NCBI RefSeq assembly: GCF_032191835.1 | Contig: NC_083234.1 | Span: forward strand, 61,070,001-61,134,000 | Direction: 5' to 3' | DNA: 64,000 bases | Source: Heteronotia binoei | Taxonomy: Eukaryota | Part shown: piece by piece, positions 1 through 12,414 of the stretch | How positions within the stretch are numbered: the stretch's first letter is position 1 | Layout of the letters: each line of letters opens with the position of its first letter | Program-made: the position numbers and the translations under genes | Notes under the pieces: generated by a model | What the model was told of the DNA's origin: nothing | What the model saw: only the letters and a program-made list of their open reading frames with translations | Databases searched by the model: none

Positions 1-685
1 CCCAGATCTACCCCCCCCCCCAAAGTCTCCAGATATTTTCCAACACAGACCTGGCAACCCTACTTTGATTCCCCACACCTCCTCCACATGCAGCCAGCTG
101 GGTGACCTTGGGCCAGTCATAGCTCCACCTTCCTCACAAGTGCGTCTGTTGTGGGAAGAGGAAGCCGCTCCAAGACTCCTTTGGGTAGTTAAGAGCAGGG
201 TATAAAACCAACTCTCCTCCTCCTCCTATTTTCATTGCATCGCTAGAGCTATAATTTTTAAAAGGAAAGAAAAAATTTGGAACATGGGAATCATGGTGTA
301 AGGAGAGCTTGTTCTCTGTGTTTTACAGGATATTGGTATGGCTTTCTAAAAATAAGCTCAATGGACGCACATTACAAGGCTTTCTGGTAACTTTCCTAAG
401 ATCATGTGTAGCTGTTTGTCACATCTAAATGTCCATCACACACTGTGCTCCGGTCAGCTCAGAGAAGAGGGTGCGTTCTTCCTGGAAGGGTGTGTAGGGG
501 GGTGGCAAAATTGTCTGGGAAAAAGAAAGATTTACTCATGTCCATCTGTAGATGCCAATCAAAATTTATAACATTGCTGTTGCTTAAAAGGCATATGCTG
601 CAGGGTGTTCTTCTGGAATTTCAGGTGATCTCCAGACGGCACAGTCTCCTGGAAGGAAAGGGCTGCTTTCAGGGTCGGATTCTAT

Positions 686-1202
686 TAGGGTTGCCAAGTC
701 CAATTCAAGAAATATCTGGGGACTTCGGGGGTGGAGCCAGGAGACATTGGAGTGGAGCCAAAAGCAAGGTTGTGACAAGCATAACTGAATTCCAAAGGGA
801 GTTCTGGCCATCACATTTAAAGGGACCGCACACATTTTAAATGCCTTCCCTTCACTGGAATTAATGAAGGATAGGGGCACCTTCTTTTGGGGCTCATAGA
901 ATTGGACCCCCTGTTCCATTCCTTTTGAAACATGGAGGGAGTTTTGAGGAGAGGCAGCAGATATGTTGCTGAAAAATTGGTGCTTCTACCTCAAAGAACA
1001 ACCCCCCCAGAGCCCAGATACCCATGGATCAATATAATGGATCATTATCATATCCATTATATTCATTATATTTCCCTATCGAAATCGGTCTCCATAGGGA
1101 ATAATGGAATACCCAGCAGATATTTCCTTTCTCCCCCGCTCCACTTTCTGAGGCCTCCAAACCATGGGATCCCCTGCCCCCACCTGGGGATTGGCAACCC
1201 TA
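686..1202. mobile_element. Non-autonomous hAT DNA transposon (TAGGGTTGCC...GGCAACCCTA termini)
   Basis: Terminal inverted repeats plus a perfect 8-bp TSD gattctat (678-685 and 1203-1210); no transposase ORF. Confidence 0.85.
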
Positions 1203-1481
1203 GATTCTATATGGCACCACAACTCTTCAGAGTCCTCTCCCTTCCCTAAGCTCTGTCTTTCCTGGAGAGTGCCTCCAACCTCCAGGGGTTTCCCAAGCAG
1301 GAGTTCACCACCTTAGGCCTGGGCGGGTCCACTGGAAGCATATCCCACCTGGAACTCTGCTTTGGATTTAGCTCTTCTTGAGAATGTCTTTTTAAAAAGC
1401 CTTTAAACTATGACCTTTACATTTCAAGCCTGAGAACTTCTGTTTAGAGTGGGAGTGGGGAGGGAAATTTTCTGACCTGGA

Positions 1482-2161
1482 TAGGGTTGCTAACCTTCAG
1501 GTGGGGTAGGGTTGCCATCCGACTCGAGAAATATCTGGGGACTTTGGGGGTGGAGCCAGGAGACTTTGAAGGTGGAGCCAGGACAAGGGTGTGAGAAACT
1601 CGATTAAACTCCAAAGGAAGTTCTGGCCATTACATTTAAAGGGACCACTCACCTTTTAAATGCCTTCCCTCCATTTGGAAATAATGAAAGATAGGGGCAC
1701 CTTCTTTTGGGGGCTCATAGAATTGGACCTTCTGGTCCAATCTGTTTGAAACTTGGGGGGTGTTTTGAGATGTGGCACCAGATGCTATGCTGAAAACTTG
1801 GTGCCCCAACCTCCCAAAACAGCCCCCCTGAGCCCCAGATACTCATGGATCAATTCTCCATTATACCCCATGGAAATCAGTCACCATAAGGAATAACGCT
1901 TTCTGATAATCCTGAAGCGGAGGGAGGGTCTCCAAACTGGGGGATCCACTGCCCCCAAATGGTGATTGGCAACCCTAAGGTGGGGCCCAGAGAGCTCCTA
2001 CTATTACAGAGATCATTCCCCCTGGAGAAAATGGCTGCTTCGGAGGGTGGACTCAGTGGCATTGTACCCCGCTGAGGTCCTTGTCCTCCCCAAACTCTGT
2101 TCTCCCCAGGCTCCATCCCCAAAATGTTCAGGTATTTCCCTACACAGAACTGGCAACCCTA
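1482..2161. mobile_element. Short TAGGGTTGC-type hAT MITE interrupted by the 1507-1977 element
   Basis: TAGGGTTGC at 1482 and GGCAACCCTA ending 2161; internal 'cccctggagaaaatggctgct' core recurs many times in the window. Confidence 0.7.
1507..1977. mobile_element. Second copy of the 686-1202 hAT element, nested
   Basis: Same internal sequence as 686-1202; 8-bp TSD aggtgggg (1499-1506 and 1978-1985). Confidence 0.85.
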
Positions 2162-2570
2162 CTAAAGAAGCTAGTGGCAGTGGGTTCCCACCCCCCAATA
2201 AAAATGCTGGTGTTCAAAACTCCACAGATCTGACCCACCCAGCTGTGCCCACCCAAGCTTTCCCTCATGAAAGTTTCAAGATCACCGGGTTGCCCTACAG
2301 GTGGATACTTTGTCACGGAGCTTGTAGAGGCCAAAAGGTAGCGTAAGGAAAGCCAGTTGCTTAAGGAAAGTTATTTTAATAAGTACATTCTACTTATTTT
2401 TAGTTGTGTTTCTGATGTTAATAATAATTTATAGACCCCCAAAATACACACACATGCTCAGGCTTGTCAAGGAAGTTCTAGAAGTTTCAGATGGTTAGGA
2501 GGACAGGATGGATTCCCCTCCACTCATTGTCCAGGAGGCCCTCCCACCAGCATTAGGAATAGGACAGCTT

Positions 2571-2765
2571 GCCCTGACCTGGGGAGCCCAGGCAAGCCCG
2601 ATCTTGCCAGAACTCGGAAGCTAAGCAGGGCTGACCCTGGCAAGTACTTGAAAGGGAGACTTCCAAAGGAATACCAGAGCTGGGACGCAGAGAGGCAGAT
2701 AAGCAAGCCATCTCTCTGAAAAATGTTCAGGCCCCAATAGGGGTCTCCAGAAGTTCCAGGCACAC
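2571..2765 (+). mobile_element. 5S rRNA-derived SINE
   Basis: gcccgatcttgccagaactcggaagctaagcagggctgaccctggcaagtacttgaaagggagac...ggaatacc is a diverged 5S rRNA internal segment (A/C boxes) with non-5S head and tail; several copies in the window. Confidence 0.8.
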
Positions 2766-3299
2766 AAGAACACACAAGCGCGTGTGCACACACACACACA
2801 AAAATGGAAATAGGATTGCTGGCTCCATGTAGCAAGGAATGCTAGATTTGGTCCTGCAGCTGAAAGATCTGCTTCTGCCTAGACCCGGGCCTCATCTAGG
2901 GTTGCCGCTCTCCAGGTAGGGGCTGGAGTTCCCCCAGAATTAGAATTGATCTTCAGACTACAGAGATTCTCTGGGAAGGATCCTTGCAGGCCCAAAGGAC
3001 CACACCATTTGTTCTTGGTTCTTGTGAGGATCTACGAGAAAAACCCCAAGAAGAAAAAAAAGATCCAGACTTTCCCCTGCTTTCTCTTCCTCCTCTATCT
3101 TGTCCTCTCAGTCCAAAATGGGACAACAGAAAGCATTTAATCTCTTCCAGGTAATATTTTCACTGAGCATGCAGTAGATTGGCAGAAGGTTCCCACCACC
3201 CTTTGGCCTCTGTGAGCTCCATGACACAGTATCCTCCAGTAGGGCAACACAGTGATCTTGAAACTTTCATGAGGGAAATGAAAGGGATACAGTACATTG

Positions 3300-3625
3300 T
3301 CTGCTCCCCATTTTAGACACAACCTCCTGGGTTTGTAGCAGTGCAGACCTCTGGCATCAAAGCCCTATATAGTTTGGGACCAACATACCTGAAGGATCAC
3401 CTACTCCCTTATGGACCCACCTGACAACTATAGTAATCTTCAGAGGCCCTGCTTTGGGTGCCCCCACCCTCTAAGGTTTGGTGGGAGGTAACCCGGAACA
3501 GGGCCTTCTCAGTCATGGCACCAAAGCTCTGGAACTCTCTCCCCATGGAGATTTGTTCGTCCCCTCCTGTTGCCATCTTCAGCCAGTGGGTAAAGACTTT
3601 TTTTTGTTTCATTTGGCATTCCCTT
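3300..3625 (+). mobile_element. L2-type LINE 3' fragment
   Basis: Translates to RNRAFSVMAPKLWNSLP, the typical L2-like ORF2 C-terminal motif; left boundary approximate. Confidence 0.6.
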
Positions 3626-5408
3626 AGTGATCTAGTGTTGCCAGCCCCCCCAATCTGGGTGGGGTTTCCCCCACTTTTGCAGGCACCAGCTGGTTGGTGG
3701 GGGGAACCTCGCCTGCAAATGCCCCCAAACACAGCACAATAAAGCCACCTGGAAATAACATCATTGCACCGCTGACATCACATGGCAATACTCTATTTTT
3801 TGGGCAAAATTCTATGGTAAAATCAGGCTGAAACCATAGAGAGTTTTGCCCCAAAACTAGAGTATCTGCATGTGACAGCATCGGTGTGATGTCATCACTT
3901 CCAGGTGATGTCATTGAACCACACACACTTTGTGTGTATGGCAGAAGGCTACTGCTTGCTGTGCAATTTCGTGCTTTCATTTTTCTTTAATTTTCAGACC
4001 CTGTCTATAACCCTTAAAGTGCATCATTTTCATTCCTGTTCAGCCTTTAAAATAATCTATAAATGTAGACTGCATTTAATTATACTCCAGAGCCAGCTCA
4101 GCAACCTGCATTTAAACTTACGGAGAATTTAAATCTTTCTGTGTCTGCAGCACCATTTCCTTTGCAAATAATAGAGCTTGTGAGATGCTGGAAAGCAATG
4201 TTGGAGAACTCCATTTATTCCCTGAGATGCTTCCCAAAAGAAAGTGAAAGTATGCTTCAGGGCTTCATTTCTATGGTGCCATAGAGTTGTATACCAAATT
4301 GCTAGAGTGTTCCCTGTGTGATGTGCCCAGAGCAATTATGTCACTTCCAAGTGATGTCATTGTGCCAGGCAAATCAGGCACCATTGCAGCTCTTCAGGAG
4401 TGGGGCTCCTCCTGTCAGCCAATCCTGTGCCAGTGAATTGGAGGCCCCAAAATCAGGGGAATTTCTGCCCCCAGCGGGAGATTGGGAAGCCTATCTGTTA
4501 ATGAAGCGATCATTATTTGTTTTATTGACTTGTAGCTGGCCTTTCTTGCTGATTCTCAAGGTGGATTATGTGGTGTAAAACAATATAATCAAAAGGCACG
4601 AGACATCCAGCGAACAACGCAGCAGGACTAGGATCACAGAGATGAGCGGGCAGGCCCTAGAGTGTTTGGCACCCTAGGCAAGGCTAAATTCTGCCCCCCC
4701 CCCCGTCCTGCACTGATAACATCACAGAATCACACGGGAGCGCCCAGTTTGGCGCCCCCAGAAGATCAGTGCCCTTGGCAATTGCCTAGTTTGCCTAGTG
4801 ACAGGGCCGGCCCTGTTAGCAAGAATGCAGAAAGATATCAGTGTATGATCTACAATCATAGGTGGGAAGAAAACTGTGCCTTCTGTCAATCAAATTGTGC
4901 AGAATGGATGGAGAATCCCTCCCCTGTTGCTGATGTTCAGTTGCACAGCCATAGCAAAAAGACAAAGAAAAAAAAGCAAGCTGCACCCTGGAGGGCCCCT
5001 TGAGAGAGGTGGGGGTCCTGGAAGTCAGGAGGCGGGCCCCCAAAGCCCCCCCCCCCCCGTGGCTACAGGCCTGCTTCTAGGACAGACAGGATAAAAATGT
5101 AATAATAAACGGCCTAGTTCTGCTAGAAAGAAACTTCTTGCACTTCTTTTTCCACACAGCCAAATTAAATGGGGAAACAGATCACAGTAGTGCAGTGCGG
5201 GGGGACAGATCAAGGACTAGTGGCAGAACCTGGAAAAATGCAAAGTTCTGCTATTCATATTACATGCCAAGGCTGCATTCAGCCATTCTCATTCTGCCCT
5301 AATGGCATGTGCACACCACCCCTTCCTCCTGCCCTTTTGAGAAGGAATGTCCCAATTGTCATTGGATCGAATTGCTCTGATCTTCCCCCCTCTTCTCCTG
5401 TTTGGTAG

Positions 5409-5592
5409 TTGGAGGGCTGAGCCATGGCAGCAACGTCAGTGGTGTGGAGTGTTACAATCCCCTGGACCACGAATGGAAAGTGCTTGGATCTGTCTCAAGG
5501 CATCGGAGTGGCGGTGGAGTGGTTTCCCTCAATGGCTCCATCTACGTGGTGGGCGGCCATGACGGCGTGGTATGCTTTAGCAGTGTTGCAAG
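5409..5592 (+). CDS. KLHL20-like kelch protein, internal exon (kelch 1-2: VGGLSHGSNVSGVECYNPLDHEW...VGGHDGVVCFSSVAR)
   Basis: Acceptor ctcctgtttggtag, donor AAG|gtaatt, phase 1 to 2; aligns with KLHL20 VGGWCSGDAISSVERYDP...VGGHDGSSYLNSVER. Confidence 0.92.
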
Positions 5593-6378
5593 GTAATTCT
5601 GCATTTGGAATTGTTTACACCATTTGTAATCCACATCTCTTGCTGAGACTCAAGGCAGAAATTGATAAGTGCTTGGATTTTCCCTCTAAGGGATACCAGT
5701 TCTGGAAAAAGCATACTGCCTGTCCTCATAGTCTGCCATGGGTCTTTGCAGCTGGGTGGCCAGGAGAAATCCTCCTACTGCCCCAACTTCTATCTACTCC
5801 GCTATGTTCAAACTCCTAAGCTTTAGCCTCTGCAATCTAGACAGGTGGAGTGTGACTGATAGATAATAGCCATCAGCCTTCAGTGTTCATATTCAACCTG
5901 CAACTTCCGGCTAATTTTGAAAAAGCACCTGTAGCTATGGATTGAGATTAAAACCTGAAGAAAAAGTTATGGCCATGCAAAGTTAGGAGAGAAGAGGCAA
6001 TTAAGTGAGGATGAAGCCATGGGAGAAGGGATGAGTAGTCTCGTTCTCTGCTGCAAGTGGTCTTTCAAAACCCCAATCGTATCCTTTAAGTGCTGAGTTC
6101 TTAAAATCTGGCAGTTCTGAATCATCCCCCTGAGCCGTTCAATCAGACATTTGAGAAGAGGCTGAAGTGGTTGTCGAAGGTCTGTAAAATACCTATGTGC
6201 ATAGCAAGATGACAGCAATAGGTTTTGAGTTTCCAGAAGCAGAGGGAGCTGGGGACATAAATATCTGCCTTGATGAAGGGCTGGGATGTTTGTAGCGTGA
6301 GCAATGCAGCAAGTTGGGTGTATTTTCTCCCTTCCTTTTCAATGTATCAGGGTGGCGTAGTAAAGAGGGCTTTGGCAT

Positions 6379-6576
6379 CAGGGCTTTTTTTGGTAGGAAA
6401 AGCTCAGCAGGAACTCATTTGCATATTACACCACACCCCTGATCTCACCATTGTTTCACATGGGTTTTTTTAAGAAGAAGCCCAGCAGGGACTCATTTGC
6501 ATATTAGGCCACAACCCCTGAGGCCAAGCCAGCCAAAACTGCGTTCTTTTGTGTTCCTGCTCAAAAAAAAGCCCTG
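6379..6576. mobile_element. hAT MITE, CAGGGCTTTTT...AAAAAGCCCTG type carrying ATTTGCAT
   Basis: TIRs; TSD tttggcat/gttggcat (7/8); two internal subrepeats. Confidence 0.8.
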
Positions 6577-9038
6577 GTTGGCATCAGTAAAGAAACCTGG
6601 GTTCAAGTCCCTGCTCAGGCATCAATGCCACTGTAAAAACTTGGGCCAGAATCACCTGTTTCATAGGTGGCTGTGAAATGAAGAAGGGAAAGTCTATGAT
6701 TCTATGAAATCCCTCCATTACCTTACCTTGGTGGAAGCAGAAGTCACAAAAGTGAGGAATAAGAAAAATATTTAAAATGAATAGGAAGACACCCCCCAGT
6801 CTTGTTAGGTTGGATCAAGGCTTCATCTAGAGGAGGAACATCCTGTCCTAAGTCTTATTGTGATGCTTCCCACCCAAGACAGTTTCCCTACCATCTGCTG
6901 TCCCACGGCAAAGCAGGCAACTGGCCCACCAGCCTCAGAATTAGGAGGGAGAGGGAGTTATAGCACCTGGGTCCTCTTGGTTCCCCCAGATCAGCTCTCT
7001 GCACTCTTTCTCCCTCCCTGGTCTGAGCTCAGCCTGTTGCTTCCTTTCTAGCCAGGTGTGCTGCCTTCTCTTTTATGGGATTCCCTGGCCCCACCCCCCT
7101 ACCTGGCCTATCTCCAACCTCTTTCCACCTGCTCCATCTGGGAGACTAAAAAGAAAAGGAAGCCTTTCCTGCCTGCCTCTTTACCTTCCCCCTCTGCCCT
7201 GTTCTTTTGCCTTGCTGCTTTGTAACCTCTCCCCTTCTGGCCTTCCCCAAGTCTGAGCTGGACCTTTGTTTTCTGGACATGCCCCTCCCAACCTCTGCCT
7301 GGATTCCTGCCAGGGTTGCCAACCTCCAGGCAGCCCCTGGAGATCTCCTGCTATTATAATTGATGTCCAGTAGGCCAAGATCTGTTTCTCTGGAGAAAAT
7401 GGCTGCTTTGGAGGCTGGACTCTATGGTATTATATCCTGCTGGGGTCCTTCCTCTCCCCAAACTCCACCCTCCCTGGGCTTCACTCCCAAAACCTCCTGG
7501 TATTTCCCACCTCAGGGCTGGCAGCCCTACTTCCAGCCTTATTTTCAGCTTTCTGATCAAAGCCACCAAGTAATACACTGTCTTACAGTTTGCAAAAATA
7601 TATTACAAGGACTGTGTATAACACATAGTAAACAATACAATATTGATAGAGGCCAGCAGTGCTAAGGCCTTTTAAAGTAACAGAAACCCCAAGGGGGCCA
7701 AAAAACCCCCGTCCCCAAATAAATAAATATGTCCAAACCTGGAAATAGTCCAACTGAAATTCACAAGGTGGGTGCTCCCAAAGAACGTAGCTTCAACGCA
7801 GCCGCTTTCTTAAAAAGACGTCTCTCTAGATTTTGATGACGTTTCAATTCCTTCTTCAGTTTTAACGGCTCAATTGTTCAGGAACTACAATGATAATAAT
7901 AATTACCAACCAGGGTTTAAACAGAAAAATATACAAGTTACACTTAAACATATCAAAACAATAATTATAACAAAGGCTTACCCCTGTTCTCTAATCACAG
8001 CGTTAAGTTTCTCATTTTCATCAAGGAGCTACCCCACCTTAGTTTTAAAGGGATATTAGCTGCTGCTTACCAGGTGTAGCCAATGAAATTTAGATAAAAG
8101 CTGTATATTCTATCTCATTGTTAAAACCATATGGTTCATATGTTTTAAATCTAAATATAAATTTCGCCTCCATCTGTAATAAAATCTTTTTCACATCCTC
8201 TTGTTCGTATTTTTTATTTTTATATAGGGTACATAAATTACACAGAATCTCATGGCCTCTGGGCTATGCCCCATGCTGATGCAATGATCTTTCATTGGGG
8301 CATTTTCACACCCCTGGAAATTCTGGCCCGATGTTCTAACACCCGTGTAATTACTGCACGTGTGGACATGCCTGTATATCGCATCCCACATTTGCAAACG
8401 GCCAGATATATGATGTTCCGTGTTTTGCATCCTGAAAAGAAATTACATTGGATATTAAGTTCCTTCGTTTTATTCCAAAATGCTGTCCCCTCCAGAAAGT
8501 ATTTTGTAGAAAAAGCCTAGCAGGAAGTCATTTGCATATTAGGCCACACCCTTGTCACTGGGCCAGCCAGAATTGTGTTCCCACTTAAAAAAAAAAAAAA
8601 AAAGCTCTGATTTAAACGAATCCAGTAAAATATTAAAACAATACAGAATAACAAGGCATCTGGCATCAGTTTACACCCTCTCCATGTTCTGCCTCAGCAT
8701 GGGACCCAGCCACCTCCCTCTCCCGGCCTTCCTCACAGGGGTGAATCTGGGCCACTGCTTCCTCAGCTTTGGCAGCAGGGGCAGGGTTGAGTTGGGACTG
8801 AGAGGGGGCTCTTGGCATCAGTGCTTACAGGAAGCCCTCAGGGAGAGTTCTCTGTTTGCCCATCAGGAGCTGGTATTGGATAAGCGGCCTTTGAACATGG
8901 AGGTTTTATTTATCCATCAAGGCTCATAGCCATTGATGGATCTCTCCTCTGTGAATTTGTCAGATCGTCTTTAATGCCACAAAATATTTTGGCAATGAAG
9001 TCCACAGGTTAATGTGGCTTTGTGTGAAGTGCTTCACG

Positions 9039-9322
9039 TTGTCCAAATTTACAGAGTATCAGTTTAGTTGGGTGACCACCAAATCCTGCTCCTTATGGGG
9101 AGCATTCCACAATCATTAGAAGGCTGTTGGGGAGTTATATGAGACAGGGTCTTGTTTATGGTGGTCCTGAGATATGTTTCCCTTTGTCCAAATTTACAGA
9201 GTATCAGTTTAGTCAGGCAATCACCAAATTCTGCTCCTTATGGGGAACATTCCACAATCATTAGAAGGCTGGTGGGGAGTTATATGAGACAGGGCCTCGT
9301 TTGTGGTGGCCCTGAGATATGT
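9039..9322 (+). repeat. Tandem duplication, period about 145 bp, of an L2-like fragment
   Basis: ttgtccaaatttacagagtatcagtttagt...ctgagatatgtt occurs at 9039-9178 and 9184-9322. Confidence 0.85.
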
Positions 9323-9596
9323 TGGAAGTCCCTTTCTCAAGTTGTACATTTAATTCCACCCTTGTTAGCATCAGAAGATAAATAAAGACCATCTTCTTTT
9401 GGGGACTGAATTTAGTGGTGATAGTTAGGGTCACCAGGTCTCCCCTGACCACTGGGAGGAAGAGTTGCCAACTGCAGGTTAGAAAACACCTGGAGATTTG
9501 AAGGGGTGCCTGGGGAGGACAGAGACCTCAGTGGGGCACCATGCCATACAGTCTGCCCTTCAAAACATTTTCTCCAGGGGAACTGATCTCTGTAGT

Positions 9597-10211
9597 CAGG
9601 GCCGGCCCTAGCCCTTCTGGCGCCCTAGGCAGCAGTCACTGGGCCTGCTGCCTACTCACAAGTAGCCCTGCGGCTGCCACCTACTCGTGAGTAAGTGCGG
9701 GGCTAGCTAGAAGGGCTAGGGACAGCCCTGAGGGAAGGAAAGGTGCGGTGGCAGTGGTGACTGGGAGGGGCGGGGTAGGGCAGAAAGGGAGGGAAGGGAA
9801 GGAAAAGTGTGGCTGCGATGGGGGGGAGTGGAGAAGAAAGGGAGGGAAGGGAAGGAAAAGTGCGGCTGCGATGGGGGGCGGCGGTGGCGATGGGGGGTGG
9901 GAAGAGAAGGAAAAGTGCGGCTGCGATGGGGGGGCGGGAAGGGAAGGAAAAGTGCGGTGGCGGTGATGGGGGGCGGGCAGGGAGGGAAGGGAAGGACAAG
10001 TGCCATGGCGGACAGGCAAGTGGCGCACTGGGGGCGGGGTGGGTGGGTGGTGGTGGCTTGGAGGGAGCTAGCGGCAGCAGCAGCGGGGAGGGGGGCAAGC
10101 TAAGCACTTGCCTGGGGCACTGGAGGGGGGGGGTGAGAACCCAGTTTGCTGCCCCCGCCTTTCGGTGCCCTAGGCAACCGCCTAGTTTGCCTAGCGGGAG
10201 GGCCGGCCCTG
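9597..10211. mobile_element. CAGGGCCGGCCCT-terminated non-autonomous DNA transposon containing a G-rich minisatellite
   Basis: Inverted termini cagggccggccct/agggccggccctg; a related shorter copy ends near 4815; sits inside a TAGGGT-type MITE (about 9426-10231). Confidence 0.65.
9725..10005 (+). repeat. G-rich minisatellite (core gggaagggaaggaaaagtgcggctgcgatggggg)
   Basis: About five imperfect units of 40-55 bp; explains the low-complexity ORFs here. Confidence 0.85.
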
Positions 10212-11126
10212 CCTGGAGGCTGGCATCCCTAGTAGAGAATCTCCTTAATTTCACAGTTTAAGTTGGAGACATGTTTGTAATACCCCGATTCTCCTAGCAA
10301 GGCCTCTGACTATTAGAGATTTCTAAAGGCTCGTCTCTGCCTGCCGCTGTCGTTGAGCACATCAAAAAGCTGGACTGGACGGAAATGGTTGACAGAAAAT
10401 ATCAGCAAATATTAAAAAAGAATGACAGACAGGATCTTGGGCTGTCCCTAATTGGAGTCCCTCCATTCTCCTTCCTGGAGTGTCTTTGTGCTCACACCAA
10501 TAATCGGGATGGTATGAGACCTTCTCACTGCCTTTCTTAAAATACGGCAAACCTGGAGGGACGCTCCTCTTTCTTCCCTTGAGGCTTGCTGCGGCAAACG
10601 ATCTCCTGACAACACTGAAAATTGGCTTCGCACTTGATTAGTGGCATACTGCAAGTCACCGTGCGAGTAACCAGGTAATACCCTGAGGGAGAAAGCTGAG
10701 CTGCTGGCAGCAGGCAGGGAAGACCCAAAATATCAGTATTAACACAATCTGTGTGCATCTGGTGTCCTACTAAAGAAATGAGGCTAAAGTATGCCCCCCC
10801 ACCACCACACTGACCTTTTCTGTCCTCACTAGTGGATTTGGAAGGAGCCTGCTAAATCTTCCACTGCAGAACAAGACTGCTTTATGTACATTTCAGCATC
10901 TGCATATTCTTATTTTGCTAAATTCTACCTCCGAGTCATGAGGTAGGGCAAAGAACTAAGGAGCCCTTCCTTCCTGGCCAACAGAAATTGTAATCAGCCC
11001 TCTTCATTTGGCTTGAATTTACTAAACGCACTTCCAAGTCATAGGGACTAGAAACTTGACTGAATTTGGTACCCAGGACTGCTACTGTGTATTTGTACAG
11101 AATTGTGCAATTTATTTAATCAGAGA

Positions 11127-12414
11127 GGTCGTTGCAGTGTCTGACTTGGCCTCGCTGGTCTTCGTGTAGCTGGATGATGACCTCTCGGAGCCCTTCCCAA
11201 TAGGCACAGGTGTAAAGCAAGGCTGCGTTCTCGCGCCAACTCTCTTTACGATCTTCTTTAGCATGATGCTTCAAAGAGCCGCAGTAGATCTAGATGAGGA
11301 CGATGGTGTCTACATCCGCTATCGCACCGATGGCAGCCTGTTCAACCTGAGGCGACTAAAGGCCCACTCCAAGACAATGGAAAAACTCATCCGAGAGCTA
11401 CTGTTTGCTGATGATGCTGCACTCGTCTCCCACTCGGTATCAGCTCTGCAGCATATGACGTCCTGCTTTGCAGAGGCTGCCAAGCTATTCGGCCTAGAAG
11501 TTAGTCTGAAGAAGACAGAAGTTCTCCACCAGCCTGCACCCCAGGAAGATTATCACCCTCCCTGCATCACTGTGGGTGAATCAGTTCTGAAGACAGTCCA
11601 GCAGTTCAGCTACCTGGGGTGCATCATCTCCTCAGATGCCAAGATCGACAAGGAGATTGACAACAGGCTGGCAAAGGCAAACCGTGCATTTGGCCGACTG
11701 CACAAAAGAGTGTGGAGCAACAAGCATCTGAAAAAAGGCACAAAGATCAATGTTTACAAAGCAGTTGTGATGACAACCCTCATCTATGGCTCCGAATCGT
11801 GGGTTTTATACCGTCATCACCTGCGACTCCTTGAGCGCTTTCATCAGCGCTGCCTTCGCACCATCCTCAACATCCACTGGAGTGACTTTGTGACCAACAC
11901 TGAAGTCCTCAAGCGGGCAGAGGTTACCAGCATCGAGGCACTGCTGTTGAAGACGCAGCTGCGCTGGGCAGGGCATATTTCTAGGATGGAAAACCACCGC
12001 CTTCCCAAGATTGCCCTGTATGGCGAACTCTCCACCGGCCATCGAAATAGAGGGGCACCAAAGAAGAGGTACAAGGACTCCTTGAAGAAATCCCTTAGCA
12101 CCTGTCACATCAACCATCACCAGTGGTCTGACCTAGCCTCAGATCGCAAAGCATGGAGGCACACCATCCACCAGGCTGTCTCTTCCTTTGAGAACACACG
12201 CATAGCTGGTCTTGAGGACAAAAGGAGATTGAGGAAGAATCGCACTGCTACAGGACCAACCCTAAATCAGACTTTTCCCTGCAGCCGCTGTGGCCGGACC
12301 TGCCTGTCCCACATTGGTCTTGTCAGCCACCAGCGAGCCTGCAGCAAACGTGGACTATTGCACCCTTCTTAAATCTTCGTTCGCGAAGCCAAGCCGAGAG
12401 AGAGAGAGAGAGAG
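11127..12414 (+). mobile_element. 5'-truncated, 5'-inverted RTE-clade LINE; uninterrupted RT C-terminal frame 11179-12372
   Basis: GVKQGCVLAPTLF and LFADD RT motifs, C-terminal CxxC...H...C motif, (GA)n tail, 13-bp TSD atttaatcagaga at 11114-11126 and 12415-12427. Confidence 0.95.

Noticed and set aside
329-386. Exon-like unit (ttttacag| ... CTG|gtaact) as an upstream kelch exon
   Set aside because: The only frame exiting in the required phase 1 contains TAA, and no frame resembles the KLHL20 BACK/linker.
2590-2690. 5S rRNA gene
   Set aside because: Diverged, lacks 5S ends and the T-run terminator, and is embedded in a repeated SINE structure.
9681-10261. Several 96-183 aa ORFs on both strands
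   Set aside because: Translations of the G-rich minisatellite; low complexity.
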